From NCBI RefSeq assembly GCF_030684315.1, contig NC_081391.1:20172629-20236628 (forward strand): a DNA stretch of 64,000 nt, read 5' to 3'. Under the pieces are notes generated by a model. That model searched no databases. It saw only the letters and a list, made by a program, of their open reading frames with translations, and was not told the DNA's origin. Every line of letters begins with the position of its first letter. Within the stretch, counting starts at the first letter, position 1. The translations under genes were made by a program, and so were the position numbers. The DNA is from Stegostoma tigrinum. Lineage: Eukaryota. Positions 35,552 to 50,695 of this stretch are shown piece after piece.

Positions 35552-36489
35552 GTCTACAAATGTAGCTTTAATTGCACCAGCTGTCCTCAGCAGTTGATTG
35601 CTGGAGCAAGAACAGGGACTATGCCACGTTTGTCCCACACGCGACAAGGTGGGCATTGAGGATAGGAGACACTGTTACAGGAGAGAGCAGATTCCTCACT
35701 CAGTCTCCTACAGTGGAGACTTGTTAGAAAATCCAATTCCTTAGCTTGGGAAACTAGAACAGTGGTGTATTGCTTGCTCAAAGAAGCATGGAGAAAAAGC
35801 AACTTGCATGCCAGATGCTGTTGCTGTTACAGTCTTATTAAGGAATATTTTGAATGTTTAGATTCTACCAGTAAAGTTAACAGAATATTACTGGCAAAAC
35901 TGAGGCCTGGCAGCACCTGGAGACAGACTTCAGTTGTGGAGTCACCAGGCTCAACCATTAACTGGTTTAATCAACACACATCCAGAGTTTCACCTGCACC
36001 TACCCCGCCACCCCGCAAACCCCAGCAATTTCTATTTTGTTTGATCCCAGCTTTTAGGAAAGTTGGAGCATTGCTCGGGACAGGGCACCAGTTAAGTGGC
36101 TAACAGTTAGACAGAGTGGAGCAATTTTGGTGAAGCTATTCACGAGAGACTACTCTTACAGAATTGTCACAGTGAGGACAAGACAGATAGTGAGCATTGC
36201 CTACAAGCCAAAAGCTTAACAGTTGTGATTTCCGCAACAATTACTCACTTCAAAAATTCTTCTGACTCTGGATTCAGAAGCTGAACAAAAATAGCCAGGG
36301 CAAGCATTGATTCAATGCAGAGAGCAAAAAGCCGAAGGGACTGAATAATCAGATAATAAACAGCCAAATAAATGAAGCAGTTACTCAAAGTAGTCAGATA
36401 CATGGGCAATGTTTTCATTGACTTTTTTGTGCACTCTGCACTTGCACTAGAACACCAGTGTGCAACAGATGGAGTTGTTGAATCCCCGT

Positions 36490-36634
36490 TCAGCTCAGGC
36501 TGAGCCTCTCAAACAGATACTCTCCTTTGCCCTTCTGAGGGGCTCCCAGTCTCTTCAGGTTGGTGATGTGATCTCCCAGCTTCTTGATCATCTTCACTTG
36601 CTCATCCAAGTAGTGCCTCTCCAGGAAGTCACAG
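36490..36634 (-). pseudogene. Ferritin relic F6 (exon 4 only; paralog of F2)
   Basis: Same 2-bp deletion and [10 protein letters not shown] motif as F2 exon 4. Exons 1-3 are missing, replaced by a retroelement fragment at 36949-37380. Confidence 0.9.
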
Positions 36635-36948
36635 CTGGAAGACAAGACAAGTTAGTTGAGTCCATTGAAGACATTTGGAAGTGACCCTCAATTCAGATTT
36701 AACAAATCACCGCCATGTTGAGGGAGAGGGGCACTCTGGTGATTCATTTGGACTGTTGTAGATTTAACAGTCTGCAGGAGGCAGTTATGAGACAATTGTA
36801 TTCCCCCTCCCCCCAGGAGTAGACAAACAGATCACTTTCAGGTTAGAAACATTCATCTTTCCTGTAATTTGAAAGTCATCCTGGTAGTTTGTTGCTCTGA
36901 AGGCCATCAGCCCTACTTGCTGAATTTAGCAGTGGATGGCAAGGAAGC

Positions 36949-37380
36949 ACACAACCAGCCCAGCTCTTCCCCTCCACCCACTGCATCCCAAAACCAGTCC
37001 AACCTGTCTCTGTCTCCCTAACCTGTTCTTCCTCTCACCCATCCCTTCCTCCCACCCCAAGCCGCACCTCCATCTCCTACCTACCAACCTCATCCCACCT
37101 CCTTGACCTGTCCATCTACCCTGGACTGACCTATCCCCTCCCCACATCCCCACCTATACTCTCCTCTCCACCTATCTTCTTTTCTCTCCATCTTCGGTCC
37201 GCCTCCCCCTCTCTCCCTATTTATTCCAGAACCCTCCCCCCATCCCCCTCTCTGATGAAGGGTCCAGGCCCGAAACGTCAGCTTTTGTGCTCCTGAGATG
37301 CTGCTGGGCCTGCTGTGTTCATCCAGCCTCACATTTTATTATCTTGGATTCTGCAGCATCTGCAGTTCCCATTATCACTG
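36949..37380 (+). mobile_element. Young 3' fragment of the Penelope-like element
   Basis: Reverse complement of ~12590-13000. Ends CCCATTATCACTG. Confidence 0.88.
37252..37282 (+). ncRNA. Minimal hammerhead ribozyme motif (Penelope type)
   Basis: CTGATGA-A-GGGTCCAGGCCC-GAAAC-GTC: both core boxes, stem II, palindromic ACGT stem III and a GUC cleavage triplet. Confidence 0.65.
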
Positions 37381-38082
37381 TTTTGTTGTCCAGCCGGCTT
37401 GGGGGGAAACTGAGCACGTTCTGGCCTTTTTAATTCGGCTTTCATATCTGCCCACTGCCACACGGTTATTACGGTGCTGATGGTGACCATTCAGCCCATC
37501 GTATCCACCACCAACTCGCTGAGCGTTTCACCTCTTGCCATTCTCCTGCACTGTCCCTGTAATCTCCATGTTATTCCCTTTCAGATATCAGTCCTATTCC
37601 CTTTTGAATGCGTGAATTGAACCTGCCTCCAACACACTCTCGGACTATACATTTCACACCCTATCCACTCGCTGTGTTGGAAGGTTTTTATTTTCGCAGA
37701 TCACTTCAGCTTCTTTTGCCAATTTTAAACCTGTGCCGTCTTGCACCTGACCCTTTCACAAATGGGAACATCGTGCCCCTGTTTGTTCTTTCTGGATCCG
37801 TATTTGAGCCATTTGCTTTCCAGAGAGAAGAGTTCCAGCTTCTCCAATATATCCTCACACCTGAAATTCCTCATTCCTGGAGCCATTCCAGGAAGCCTCC
37901 TCTGCACTGTCTCCAGTACATCCACACTTTCCTTCAGTGTGATGTGCAGAATGAGACACAGTATTCCTGTTGGAGTCAAACTTAAGCAGGTTCAGCATAA
38001 TCACCTTGCTCTTGTACACTTGCCCCTACTAATAAAGCTCAGGGCACTGCGAGCTTTGTAAACGATTCTCTTAAACAGTCCT

Positions 38083-39428
38083 CAGAGATAATGGGAACTG
38101 CAGGTGCTGGAGAATCTGAGATAACAAAGTGTAGAGCTGGATGAACACAGCAGGTCATGCAGCATTTGGGCCTAGACCCTTCATCAGAAAAGGGAGATGG
38201 GGAGAGAATTCTGAAATAAATAGGGAGAGGGGTAGGCGGACTGAAGAAGAATAGAGGAGAAGGTAGGTGGAGAGGAAAGTATGGGTGGGGAGGGAGGGAG
38301 GGGATAGGTCAGTCCGGGGAGGATGGACAGGTCAAAGGGGCCAGGTGAGGTTAGTAGGTAGGAAATGGAGGTGTGGCTTGAGGTAGGAGGAGGGGCTCGG
38401 TGAGAGGAAGAACAGGTTATGGAGGCTGGGACGAGCTGGGCTGGTTTTGGGATGCAGTGGGAGGAGGGGAGATTTTGAAGCTGGTCAAATCCACATTGAT
38501 ACCATTGGGCTGCAGAGTTCCCAAGCGGAATATGAGTTGCTGTTCCTGCAACCTATGGGTGGCATCATTATGGCACTGCAGGAGGACCAGGATGGACATG
38601 TTGTCTCAGGAATGGGAGGGGGGAGTTGAAATGGTGCACGACTGGGAGGTGCAGTTGTTTACTGCGATCTGAGCGTAGGTGTTCTGCAAAGTGATCCCAA
38701 GCCTCTGCTGCATTTCCCCAATGTAGCGGAAGCCACACCGTGTACAGCAGATGCAGTATACCACATTGGCGGATGTGCAGGTGAACATCTCTTTGGTGTG
38801 GAAAGTCATCTTGGGGCCTGGGATCGGGGTAAGGGAGGAGGTGTGGGGGCAGGTGCAGCACTTCCTGCAGTTGTAGCAGAAAGTGCTGGGTGTGGTGGGT
38901 TTGGACGGGAGTGTGGAGCAGACAAGGACGTCGCAGAGAGAATGGTCTCTCCGAAAGCAGACAATGGTGGGGATAGAAAAATGTCTTTGGTGGTGGAGTT
39001 AGATTGTAGATGGCAGAAGTTTCGGAGGACGATGCGTTATATCCAGAGGTTAGTGGGGTGGTATGTGAGGACTAGGGGATCCTCTCGGGGAAGTTATTGC
39101 GAGGGTGGTGTGTGAGGGATGAGTTGTGGGAAATGCGGGAGACACGATTAAGGACATTCTCGCCCACTGCAAGGGGGAAGTGGCGGTCCTGTAAGAACGA
39201 GGACATCTGGGATGTGCAGGAGTGGTATGCCTCTCCTTGGAGGAGATGGGGCAGAGGCAAAGGAATTGGGAATAGGGCATGGAGTTTTTGCAGGAAGGTG
39301 GGTCGGTTGAGGCGTATTACAGGTAGCTGTGGGAGTCGGTGGGCTCGAAATGGACATCGGTTTGTAGGTGGTTGCCTGCGATGGAGACAGAAAGTCCAGG
39401 AAGGTGAGGGATGTGTTGGAGATGGTCC
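38083..39428 (-). mobile_element. Penelope-like retroelement (duplicate)
   Basis: Same motifs and insertion site as 12590-13965. Confidence 0.87.
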
Positions 39429-41111
39429 TTCCACCCTCAATGATGTAATGCAAATACACCATACAGTTCACTCACTCCTGCACCCTCTTTAGAAATGCAC
39501 CTTTTATTTTGTATTGTCTCTACATGCTTTTCCCACTTTGAACTTCATCTGCCACTCGCTTGCCGATTCCACCAATATGTCTGTGCCCTTTTGAGGTTCG
39601 ACACCATGGTCCTCACTCTTATTTTCTTATCATGTACAAACTCTGAAATTGCATCCCTTATACCAGGCTATATGTCATTAGCTAAGTTTAGAAAAGCCTG
39701 GCTCCTCCCCATAACCCATGGAACTCCACTACAAACCACCCCCTCGTCCAAAGAGCATCCATTGGCATCACTTATGTTTCCAGTAATGCAGCCAACTCCA
39801 TATCCCTGTCACTGCGCTGCCGTTCATTACAGGGGCTTGAACATTGTGTGGCACTGTATTATATGTCTTTAGGAAGCCCACGTAGACCACACGAACAACA
39901 GCCCTCTCGCCTATCTCCTCAAAATACTTGTGCTAGATAGTTGAAAGTGATTTTCCTTTTGAGGAGATCTGGCATGGATCTCAAAAAAGATTCATATTCA
40001 TCCATGTATCTATTACGCAATTTTCAACTCATCTCCATTACTTCCTATCTTCCACTCCCCAGCATCACTCATGGAAATGCCAGGCGTCTACTCCATCACT
40101 TATCCCATTTGGAAACAGAATGAAAAGCTGATGCAAAAGGACAATGCATCGAGAAGTTGTTGCCTCTTCTCAGTGTTCATAATTTATTGCAGCTACTAAT
40201 TTCCAATGTCAAAACAATTTCTCACACAGATTTAAAAGATCCACTCCCCACCCAAGTCCCCTAACCTGCCATTTCCACATACATGCTGTATATGTTGCTT
40301 GCCTTCTATTGAAGGAGAGCTCAACAATGTTGGAGCTGAAAGAGTTTGCAAATAAGACCTCTCCTCCTCAGCAATTTCTGTACCCTATTCCCCTGCTGAG
40401 AGCTTCACTTCAGACAAACAAGAGGAAAAGAAGTGACCCAACCAATGATTGGCTGCTGTGAACATGAAGCTATTGGGAGGTATGGAAGGGTAGGAGGAAA
40501 TAAGTAGTAATGAGAAATCAGGGAGAAAGAGGGGGGTGGTGTTGAAGAAGAAAGAAGGAAGACAAAAAAATGCTTTGAATCCAACTCTGCTTCCTTTAAA
40601 TCATTCATCTGCTAACCCTCAGTCCCCAAAAGAAACAAAACAAGTCCACAAGCTGCAGATGGGGGCAGCCTTTGCAGTCGGCAAACTTCGAAAGAGTTCA
40701 CTTGACCCTTGCTGCTGTTGGAAGGAGGGCAGAGGAAGCACCTAGTGTCTAATGTCGTCCGGAGAATAAAGTCATGTCACTAAGTGGTACACACCTGGAA
40801 GGCTAATGTAACGCTAAAAGGAAAGGGGAAACGCCTCATTTACAAATTTGCCATGAATAAAACGTACGTTCCATATGTGCATGAAATTTATGCTACCTTT
40901 AGAGGAAGATATAGAAGTGTGTGAAATTTCTATTGTGGATTTTCAGTCAAGTTACCTGGTTAGCTGTTGGTAATTTAGGTTGTTTAAAAAACAAAGATCC
41001 AAAATCCAGTTCAACAAAGACTTGTACTTCCATTTGGAATGGCAGACAGAAAAAGGTAAAGTGGGCATCAGAATTAAGTCACAAATGGACCAATTTCTTC
41101 TATAACCCCAC

Positions 41112-43345
41112 TCAGCTCAGTGAGAGCTTGTCAAACAGGTACTCTCCCATGCCATTGTCAGGGTCTCCCAGTCTCTTCAGGTTGGTGATGTGATCTCCCA
41201 GCTTCTTGATCATCTTCACTTGCTCATCCAGGTAGTGCCTCTCCAGGAAGTCACACAGCTGGAACAAGGAGCCAGAATGTAATGTTAGAGCAGACACATC
41301 AACAATCACACCATTGCGCTTTTGCAGTGATATAAGTGTGAACAAGTGCTGGTATTTGAGAGCAGCTTGCTCTCCAGAAACAATGAACAGACTGGAATAG
41401 CTTTATTTGCAACTTTGCAAATGCAGAAATGGTGACAGAAACCTGAGTTTACCCACCAGGGATCAAACTGCCATTTCACAGAATTGGGTGGAAGTTCTAA
41501 ACACTTACGCCTCTCACCAAGTCAGCAAAGCACATATCAGTGACTGACATCTATGTTCAGGATGGCTGCTGCTCTCAAACACTGGGACAATAGCAAGCCT
41601 ATGCTTGTAGAACAGGAATAGCAGATTCCCATGTCACCTTGAGCTCCCTCGAGACATGCATCCCATCAGGAGCTCATATGAGGGTCCGTGTGGCTAGAGG
41701 CGAGTTTGTGCAGATCCAGCAGATTCTGGTTCACATCCTTCTCCATCCGCAGAGCTCTCTGCATTGCCTCCAGACCATTGCCCCACTCATCCTGCTCTGG
41801 CTTCTGGAGGGAGAAGACAGTCATTAGTGAGGTTAGAAGGTCCAAGACTCGTACAAAGGCAAGAAAATGAAGACATGTGGTAATCTGTGCCATATCCAAA
41901 CCAAGGATTAATAACAATTCACAATTCACAGAAGGTCATGGAGACCATTATCAGACATTTGATCCATCATTAAGAACTGCTGACAGATCAGGGCTAAAGA
42001 CTGAAACATTGGGATGAAGTTACCTGTATTCAGGCTAGTCTACAGTAATGTATCAGTCTAAACTGTCATTGGGGCAAGTTCAGTGCTAAAACCCTTTCAT
42101 TCTGATTTGTTGATCTTTCAGAAAAGGAAAGAATTAGCAAAACCAACTCACATCAAGCAGAGACTTGCTATCAAGACACCTCACTCATCTCAACACAAGA
42201 TGTACAGGGGAGTCTGGAACACCAAGGCCATTGCACAAGCAAGAAACAACACAATTTGCATTTACTACAAGAGATAGACCCCAACCTTGATGTCCTGCAG
42301 GAGAACACGGCCACCACGTTTATTCTGGAATGCCATCAGTTTCTCAGCATGTTCCTGTTCCTCATGGGACTGCTCCTTGAAGAACTCTGCAAAGTGACAG
42401 AGGGCAACATCATCCCGGTCAAAGTAAGAGAACTGTAAGCAGAAGGGAACAGAAGGCAAGACTAAAATTTCATCACCAGCTAAAAGAGTAAAATAGTAAG
42501 CCATTTAACAACTGACTGTATCACAAGTCACTTAAAAAATAAACAGGTGACAATTGATCACAGCATTGATGTTACACATCATCTCCAGACAAACATTCCT
42601 CTCCTCCTTCCCCCACCACCCTACTCAAGTCAGCAACACTAGCTCCTCCCCAAAAGGAACCCAATAATTAGAGACTATAATCTAATCTAATACTGTAATT
42701 GCTTCATGGAAACATCCAGTATTAAACATGGACATGAACATGAGACTTTTCCTGACACCATACACTTCAGAACATAAAAGACAGAGGAGGATGCTAACCA
42801 ATTGTGCAGTAAGGCTCAGCAGTTAGCACTACTGCCACACAGTGCCAGGGACCAGGGTTTGATTAAAACTGTGCATGTGAAGTTCACACATTCTCTCCAA
42901 AGATGTGGGTTTCCTTTCACTGCCCATATATGGGCAGATGATGTTGACCAGCTATGCTAAATTGCCCATAATGGCCAGGGCAGGTGGGTTAGCCATGGGA
43001 AGTGCAGGGTCACAAGGGGACAGTAGGTGGGAGTGCTCTTGAGATGGACTCAATTGGACAAGTGACCTATATCTACATTATGCAGATGCTAATGATTATG
43101 ATACCCAGCCAAAGAGAACCACTCTCAGAAGGAGTAATTTAGATTTCAACACTCTGCTTATTAAAGAGGAGAACTTCTAGGTATTATCAGATTTACATTT
43201 AAATGCATTGTCTCATTTTACAATGCAGACAATCAAGCCTCACCATGGAGAGGTAAACATAAGAGGAATAGAGCTCCAGGTTGATCTGCTTGTTAACAGC
43301 ATCCTCACAGTCCTTGTGATAGTTCTGACACACTTGGGAAGCCAT
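41112..43345 (-). pseudogene. Ferritin F7: open exons but intron-3 donor mutated (probable pseudogene or truncated product)
   Basis: Exons 43244-43345, 42286-42432, 41678-41803, 41112-41258 are all full length and open. The donor after exon 3 reads CAT|ATGAGC instead of GTGAG. Read-through gives ...DPHMSS*. Confidence 0.8.
42805..43085 (+). mobile_element. Decayed HE1-like SINE in F7 intron 1
   Basis: Shares GGCTCAG..TTAGCACTACTGCC, GCTAAATTGCCC and GGTGGGTTAGCCATGGG blocks with 19936-20240. Confidence 0.65.
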
Positions 43346-43413
43346 CTTCACTACTCCTGCTCACTATCACCTCAACACCTCCAGAACTGAACTCCTTTCC
43401 TACGAACTCTTTT

Positions 43414-43545
43414 CTTTATACTCCTGGGTCATCCTGCAATCAACCAGGGAATGACACCACCAATGATGACAGCCAATGAGGAATTGGCATGCATCCAGGC
43501 ACCAATGAGGGGAATGGGGTGGAGTGAGATACTCAGAGCCAATCA
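43414..43545 (-). promoter_or_regulatory. F7 promoter
   Basis: TATAAAG at 43414-43420 and four CCAAT boxes. Confidence 0.6.
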
Positions 43546-46094
43546 GTTTTGAAATGGCAGCAAATCTGTGATTGGTCCCAGGAGCTGAAGGAAGCCTGAA
43601 GGTGACTGGGGGCCAAAAGCAATGTGTTGACTTTTATCTTGCTTCTGGAATGGGGTCAGGCCACTCGGCCTAACAGCAATTATGAATGGATATCAGTGGT
43701 TGGCATCATGAGCAACAGCCATATTCTATGAAATGACTGAAACAAAACTCACTCCAGGGCCAAAATCAGAGTAATATACTCCACATATAGTATATTCTGT
43801 ACTGCATACAATATTGACATAGCCTGTACATTCTAGTCTTCTCCCTCCATCGAGATGATGACTAAACTGCTGTGAGCCTTTTCAGTTCAATTTTGCTGCA
43901 GACTGTGAGTTTTTAAGTCATTTCTACACATGGTTTCCTAACTCTGTGCTTTTCTTCAGTTCCTAGCTCTGTTGCTTTGAAAAAACTCTCATTTATCTTG
44001 GTGCAAGTTTGCTTTTCCTCACATGTTATTGATGTTGTTGATAATATTCTGCCTGTTTATGGTACTATCGTGCCAACTAATAGAATGCCATCAGGAAGCG
44101 TGAGAGAGATCTCTATTCTTTTGTCAATGTCACATGGAAATATATGGACGTCAGAGGACCCTGTGGGGAAGAGACAGAAACATCGAAACCTAGAACACAA
44201 GGGCAGGCGGAGGCCATTCAGCCGTTTGAGCCTTCTCCACCATTCTATATGATCATGGCTGATCCCAGCAAACCCAACAGTGTGTTCCTGCTTTCCCTCC
44301 ATATCGTTCGATCCCTTTAGCCCCAAGCACTAGATCCAACAATTTGAAATCAATGCTTTGGTCTCAACTGTGTACCGTGGTTGCAGATTCCACAGGCTCT
44401 CCCACTGTCTTGGTGAAGAAATGTAATAGCCCATCCATGACACCAGGTTACACACAAATTGCCGATCGACAGTCCGATACCGACCTGTTTCGGAGAGTCC
44501 ACAGTCAGTGTGTATCAGTTTGCTGTTTGGGATGATAAGTATTTTGACTAAGTAACACATGCATTTCTGCATTGACTGGAGATTAATGAAGCTTAGGGCT
44601 TGACGAGTAAAGTTGCCAGCAGCAAGGAATCAGATGTCGCCCTGGCCAAAGATGTTTCACAGTTAGTGTCTGCGAAATGATTAGAACTTTTGGCAATCCT
44701 GGTGGGTTGATGCCAATCTTATATGTAAACACCTGACTTACACACTGTCCCCCACGCCCTTGCAGAGTGAGCCTGAAGCAGATTTGTCCCAGACCCTGAA
44801 TGCGGTAACAAGGTCCTTCCTGATCTGTTACTACTTAACATTGCAGCTGACAGAGACAGATGGGGATCAAGAGCAGAGGAAACATTCAACTGTGTTCTGA
44901 AGCGTCACCGTACTTGAAATGCTTACTCGGTGTCTCTCTCTCTCTCTCTCTCTCTCTATGGATGCTAGCGGACTAGCTGAGTTTCTCCTATAACCTGTTT
45001 TGTCTCCAGGTTGTCAACATCCACAAATCTTCAGTCCCACTTGCAACGCTTGGGAATTCCCAACAGATCCGAACAAAGACTGTAGTCACAAGCTAATGAC
45101 ATTATCATTAAATGGTGAATGCAGAAAGTCACCTATGAATTATACTGCAACTTTGCATTCATTTCAGCTACTTTGGAACTAGTCTAACGATGACCACAAA
45201 GCTGTTGTTGGAGAAAGCCCACCTTATCGACTCATGTCCTTGACCGATAGAGTGAGGATATGGAGTTAGGCCAGTAAAAGGAAGCAGCTTGTATTCTACA
45301 AGAGAAACCCAGTACAAGAGAAACCTGGGTCCCCTCAGGCATGAATTGAGCAAAGCTCCGATTGAGATATTAAGCATTTCCCTTTGCTTTTATGACCAAA
45401 GGATCAGAGTGTGGAGGCTGATACAGCAGCAAGAGTATCGCACACTGTGCCCCTAAGAATAACGTAATTCAAACTCTCCTGAGAGTAAGCTGGAATTTTT
45501 GAAAATGAAAAAAAGGCACTCTTTCATCTCCCTCATTTAAACTCTTACTTGCTAAGGTTTCAGAAGGATGTGCGTAGCTCTGATTGTTGAGCAAGATATG
45601 CAAGCAGATTGTCCAGTTAGAGCCTTGTGGCTCAAGTTAAGGGATACCCTAGCCAGTTTATGGCAAAGGAGAGGTTTAACCTCCGGCACAGGTCATGCAC
45701 TAGCATTCGTTAGGCTGGAATGCAGTGGCTACTGAATGAAAAGAAAGCTGAACCAATTAAAGGAAGAGACAGATGTGCAGTCAGGTTTTCAGGAGCTGAG
45801 AAAAAGGCAGATGCACTAGTGGTGTGGAAGGAAAACCTGCAGGATTGTATTAAATGGCAGACAGGAGTCAAGGAAGCTGATGGCCTACATTCAGACCCCT
45901 GCCTTGTACTTCACTGTAGCCACATCACGGGGGAGGTGGGGGGGAAAAGGTAAATGTTTGATGATCAGTCTAGGAATTAGTTACACAGGAGAACGTAGTT
46001 GAGTGAATATTTTATTTCCACATGCAGCAATAGAGAAACCGATACAAATAATTCTGCTTTCATGTACAATAGTGAAGCAATTCCAAACTGCCAC

Positions 46095-48228
<2,134 letters not shown>

Positions 48229-48295
48229 CTTCACTATTCCTGCTCACTATCACCTAGACAACTCTAGCACTAATCCTTTGTACTACAATCTCTGG

Positions 48296-48420
48296 TATTT
48301 ATACTCCTGGGACATTCTACGCTCAACGAGGGAATGACATCACCAATGATGACTGACATTCCCTGAAAGCCAATTAGGAATCTCCCATGAATTTAGCCCC
48401 GCCTCTGCCCTCCCACCAAT
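48296..48420 (-). promoter_or_regulatory. F8 promoter
   Basis: Same motifs as F1 and F5. GGGAGATTCC at 48377-48386. Confidence 0.7.
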
Positions 48421-49615
48421 TAGAGAGAGGGTGTGGGTGTATTCGGCAGAGCTGATCAGAGGTGCAGATTGTTGTCAAGTCTGGATGGTTATTCTGTGAT
48501 TGGATCAGCAGTCGGTCATTTAGAATCTCCAATCTGCTGGAACTCTCTATCGGGTCATGGTTAGTTTGAAAAAAAAAACTAGATTTGGATTTGGAAAGCT
48601 TTTCTTTTTAAACTAAGCTTGTTGTGACCAACTGCAGGAGGTGCTCAATGAAGGAGAATCAGTTTCTGCTGGGATATTGGAGAGAAAGGTCGGAGATTGG
48701 TGGTAGTTCCTAGAAATTTGTAACAGAAACAAACAGGACAAAGACAGGAAGGATGTTTCTGATGACCAATGCGCCCAGAACCAAGGGTCACTGTCTAAGG
48801 ATATAGAGTAGTCTGTTTGGGATTGAGTTGAGGAGAAATGTCTTCAGCCAGACAGTGGGGAGTCTGTTGTATTCTGTGGGAAGGAAACAGTTGAGGCCAA
48901 AAGACTGAAGGTTTTGAAGAGTTAGATGTAGCTGATAGGGCTATGGGGATCAAAGGGTATGGAGAGAGAGTGTGAAGATGGTACTGAGTTAAGGGATTAC
49001 CCATGATCATGTGGGATGCCAGAGCAGGCTGGAAAGGCTGTATCAAAATGGTTCATAATTTTGAACATTTCAATCAGGTCATCTTTTAATCTTCTCTGCT
49101 CCAAGGAGATAAGGCCAATTTTTAAAATCTTTCCTGGTATCATTCCAGCAAATCTCCTTTGCACAGTGTCCAGGGCTTTAATGCCCTCCCTTACAAACAG
49201 TGCCCAGAATTGAACACAATACTCTAATGTGGTCTGACCAATGGTGTGTAGTGGTGTAGCGTTACTTCTTTGCTTTTATACTCTCGGGCTCTCCTTAAAA
49301 ACACAAGGTTCCTATAAGCCTTCTTCATGACTGTTTCATCTTGCCTGGCCACCTTCAGGGAATTGTAGTTTTAAATCCTGAGGGCTCTCTGCTCCTGTAC
49401 TCACCTTGACGTTGTTCCATTGAACCTGTATTATCTCTTCATGTCTCCATGTTTCTTCTACCAAACTGCATTTCTTGCATTTTTTTGTGTTGAAATTATA
49501 AAGTGATTGCCAACATCAAATCTTACCCAATAAAAATCAAATGATCCTAATTCTGAAGTCTTCAAATGACCCCCCCCGCCCCCCCGCCCCGCCTGTGTGT
49601 GTGTGTCCACTATAT

Positions 49616-50695
49616 GATGCAAAGAGTAGTGATAAACGGGTCCCCTTCGGAATGGCAGGCAGTGACCAGTGGGGTACCACAAGGTTCGGTGCTGGGACCG
49701 CAGCTGTTTACGATATATATGAATGATATAGACGAAGACATTAAAAGTAGTATTAGCAAATTTGCTGATGACACAAAGTTGGGTGGCAGTGTGTAATGTG
49801 AGGAGGATGTTATGAGAACACAGGGTGACTTGAACAGACGAGGTGAGTGGACGGATGCATAGCAGACGCAGTTTAATGTGGATAAATGTGTGGTTATACA
49901 CTTTGGTGGCAGGAACAGGAAGGCAGATTACTATCTCAATGGAGTCAAGTTAGGTAAAGGGCAAGTACAACGAGATCTAGGTGTTCTTGTACATCAGTCA
50001 ATGAAAGTAAGCATGCAGGTACAGCAGGCAGTGAAGAAAGCTAATGGCATGCTTGCCTTCATAACAAGAGGAATTGAGTATAGGAGCAAAGAGGTCTTTT
50101 TGCAGCTGTACAGGGCCCTGGTGAGACCGCACCTGGAGTATTGTGTGCAGTTTTGGTCTCCAAATTTGAGGAAGGATGTTCTTGCTATTGAGGGAGTGCA
50201 GCGTAGGTTCACAAGGGCAATTCCCAGAATGGCGGGACTATCATATGTTAAAAGATTGGAGCGACTGGGCTTGTATACACTTGAGTTTAGAAGGATGAGA
50301 AGGAATCTGATTGAGGCGTATAAGATTATTAAGGGATTGGACACTCTGGAGGCAGGAAGCATGTTTCTGCTGATGGGTGAGTCCAGAACTAGAGGACACA
50401 GTTTAAACATCAGGGGAAGGCCATTTAGAGCAGAGTTGAGGAAAAACGTCTTCACCCAGAGAGTGGTGGATATATGGAATGCTCTTCCCCAGAAGGCAGT
50501 GGAGGCCAAGTCTCTGGATACTTACTAGAAAGAGATAGATAGAACTCTTAAAGGTAGTGGGATCAAGGGTTATGGGGATAAGGCTGGAACAGGATACTGA
50601 TTGTGGATGATCAGCCATGATCATAATGAATGGTGGTGCTGGCTCGAAGGGCCGAATGGCCTACTCCAGCACCTATTGTCTATTGTCTACTGTCT
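49616..50695 (+). mobile_element. CR1-clade LINE (duplicate of 4998-6077)
   Basis: Same motifs and junctions. Confidence 0.93.
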
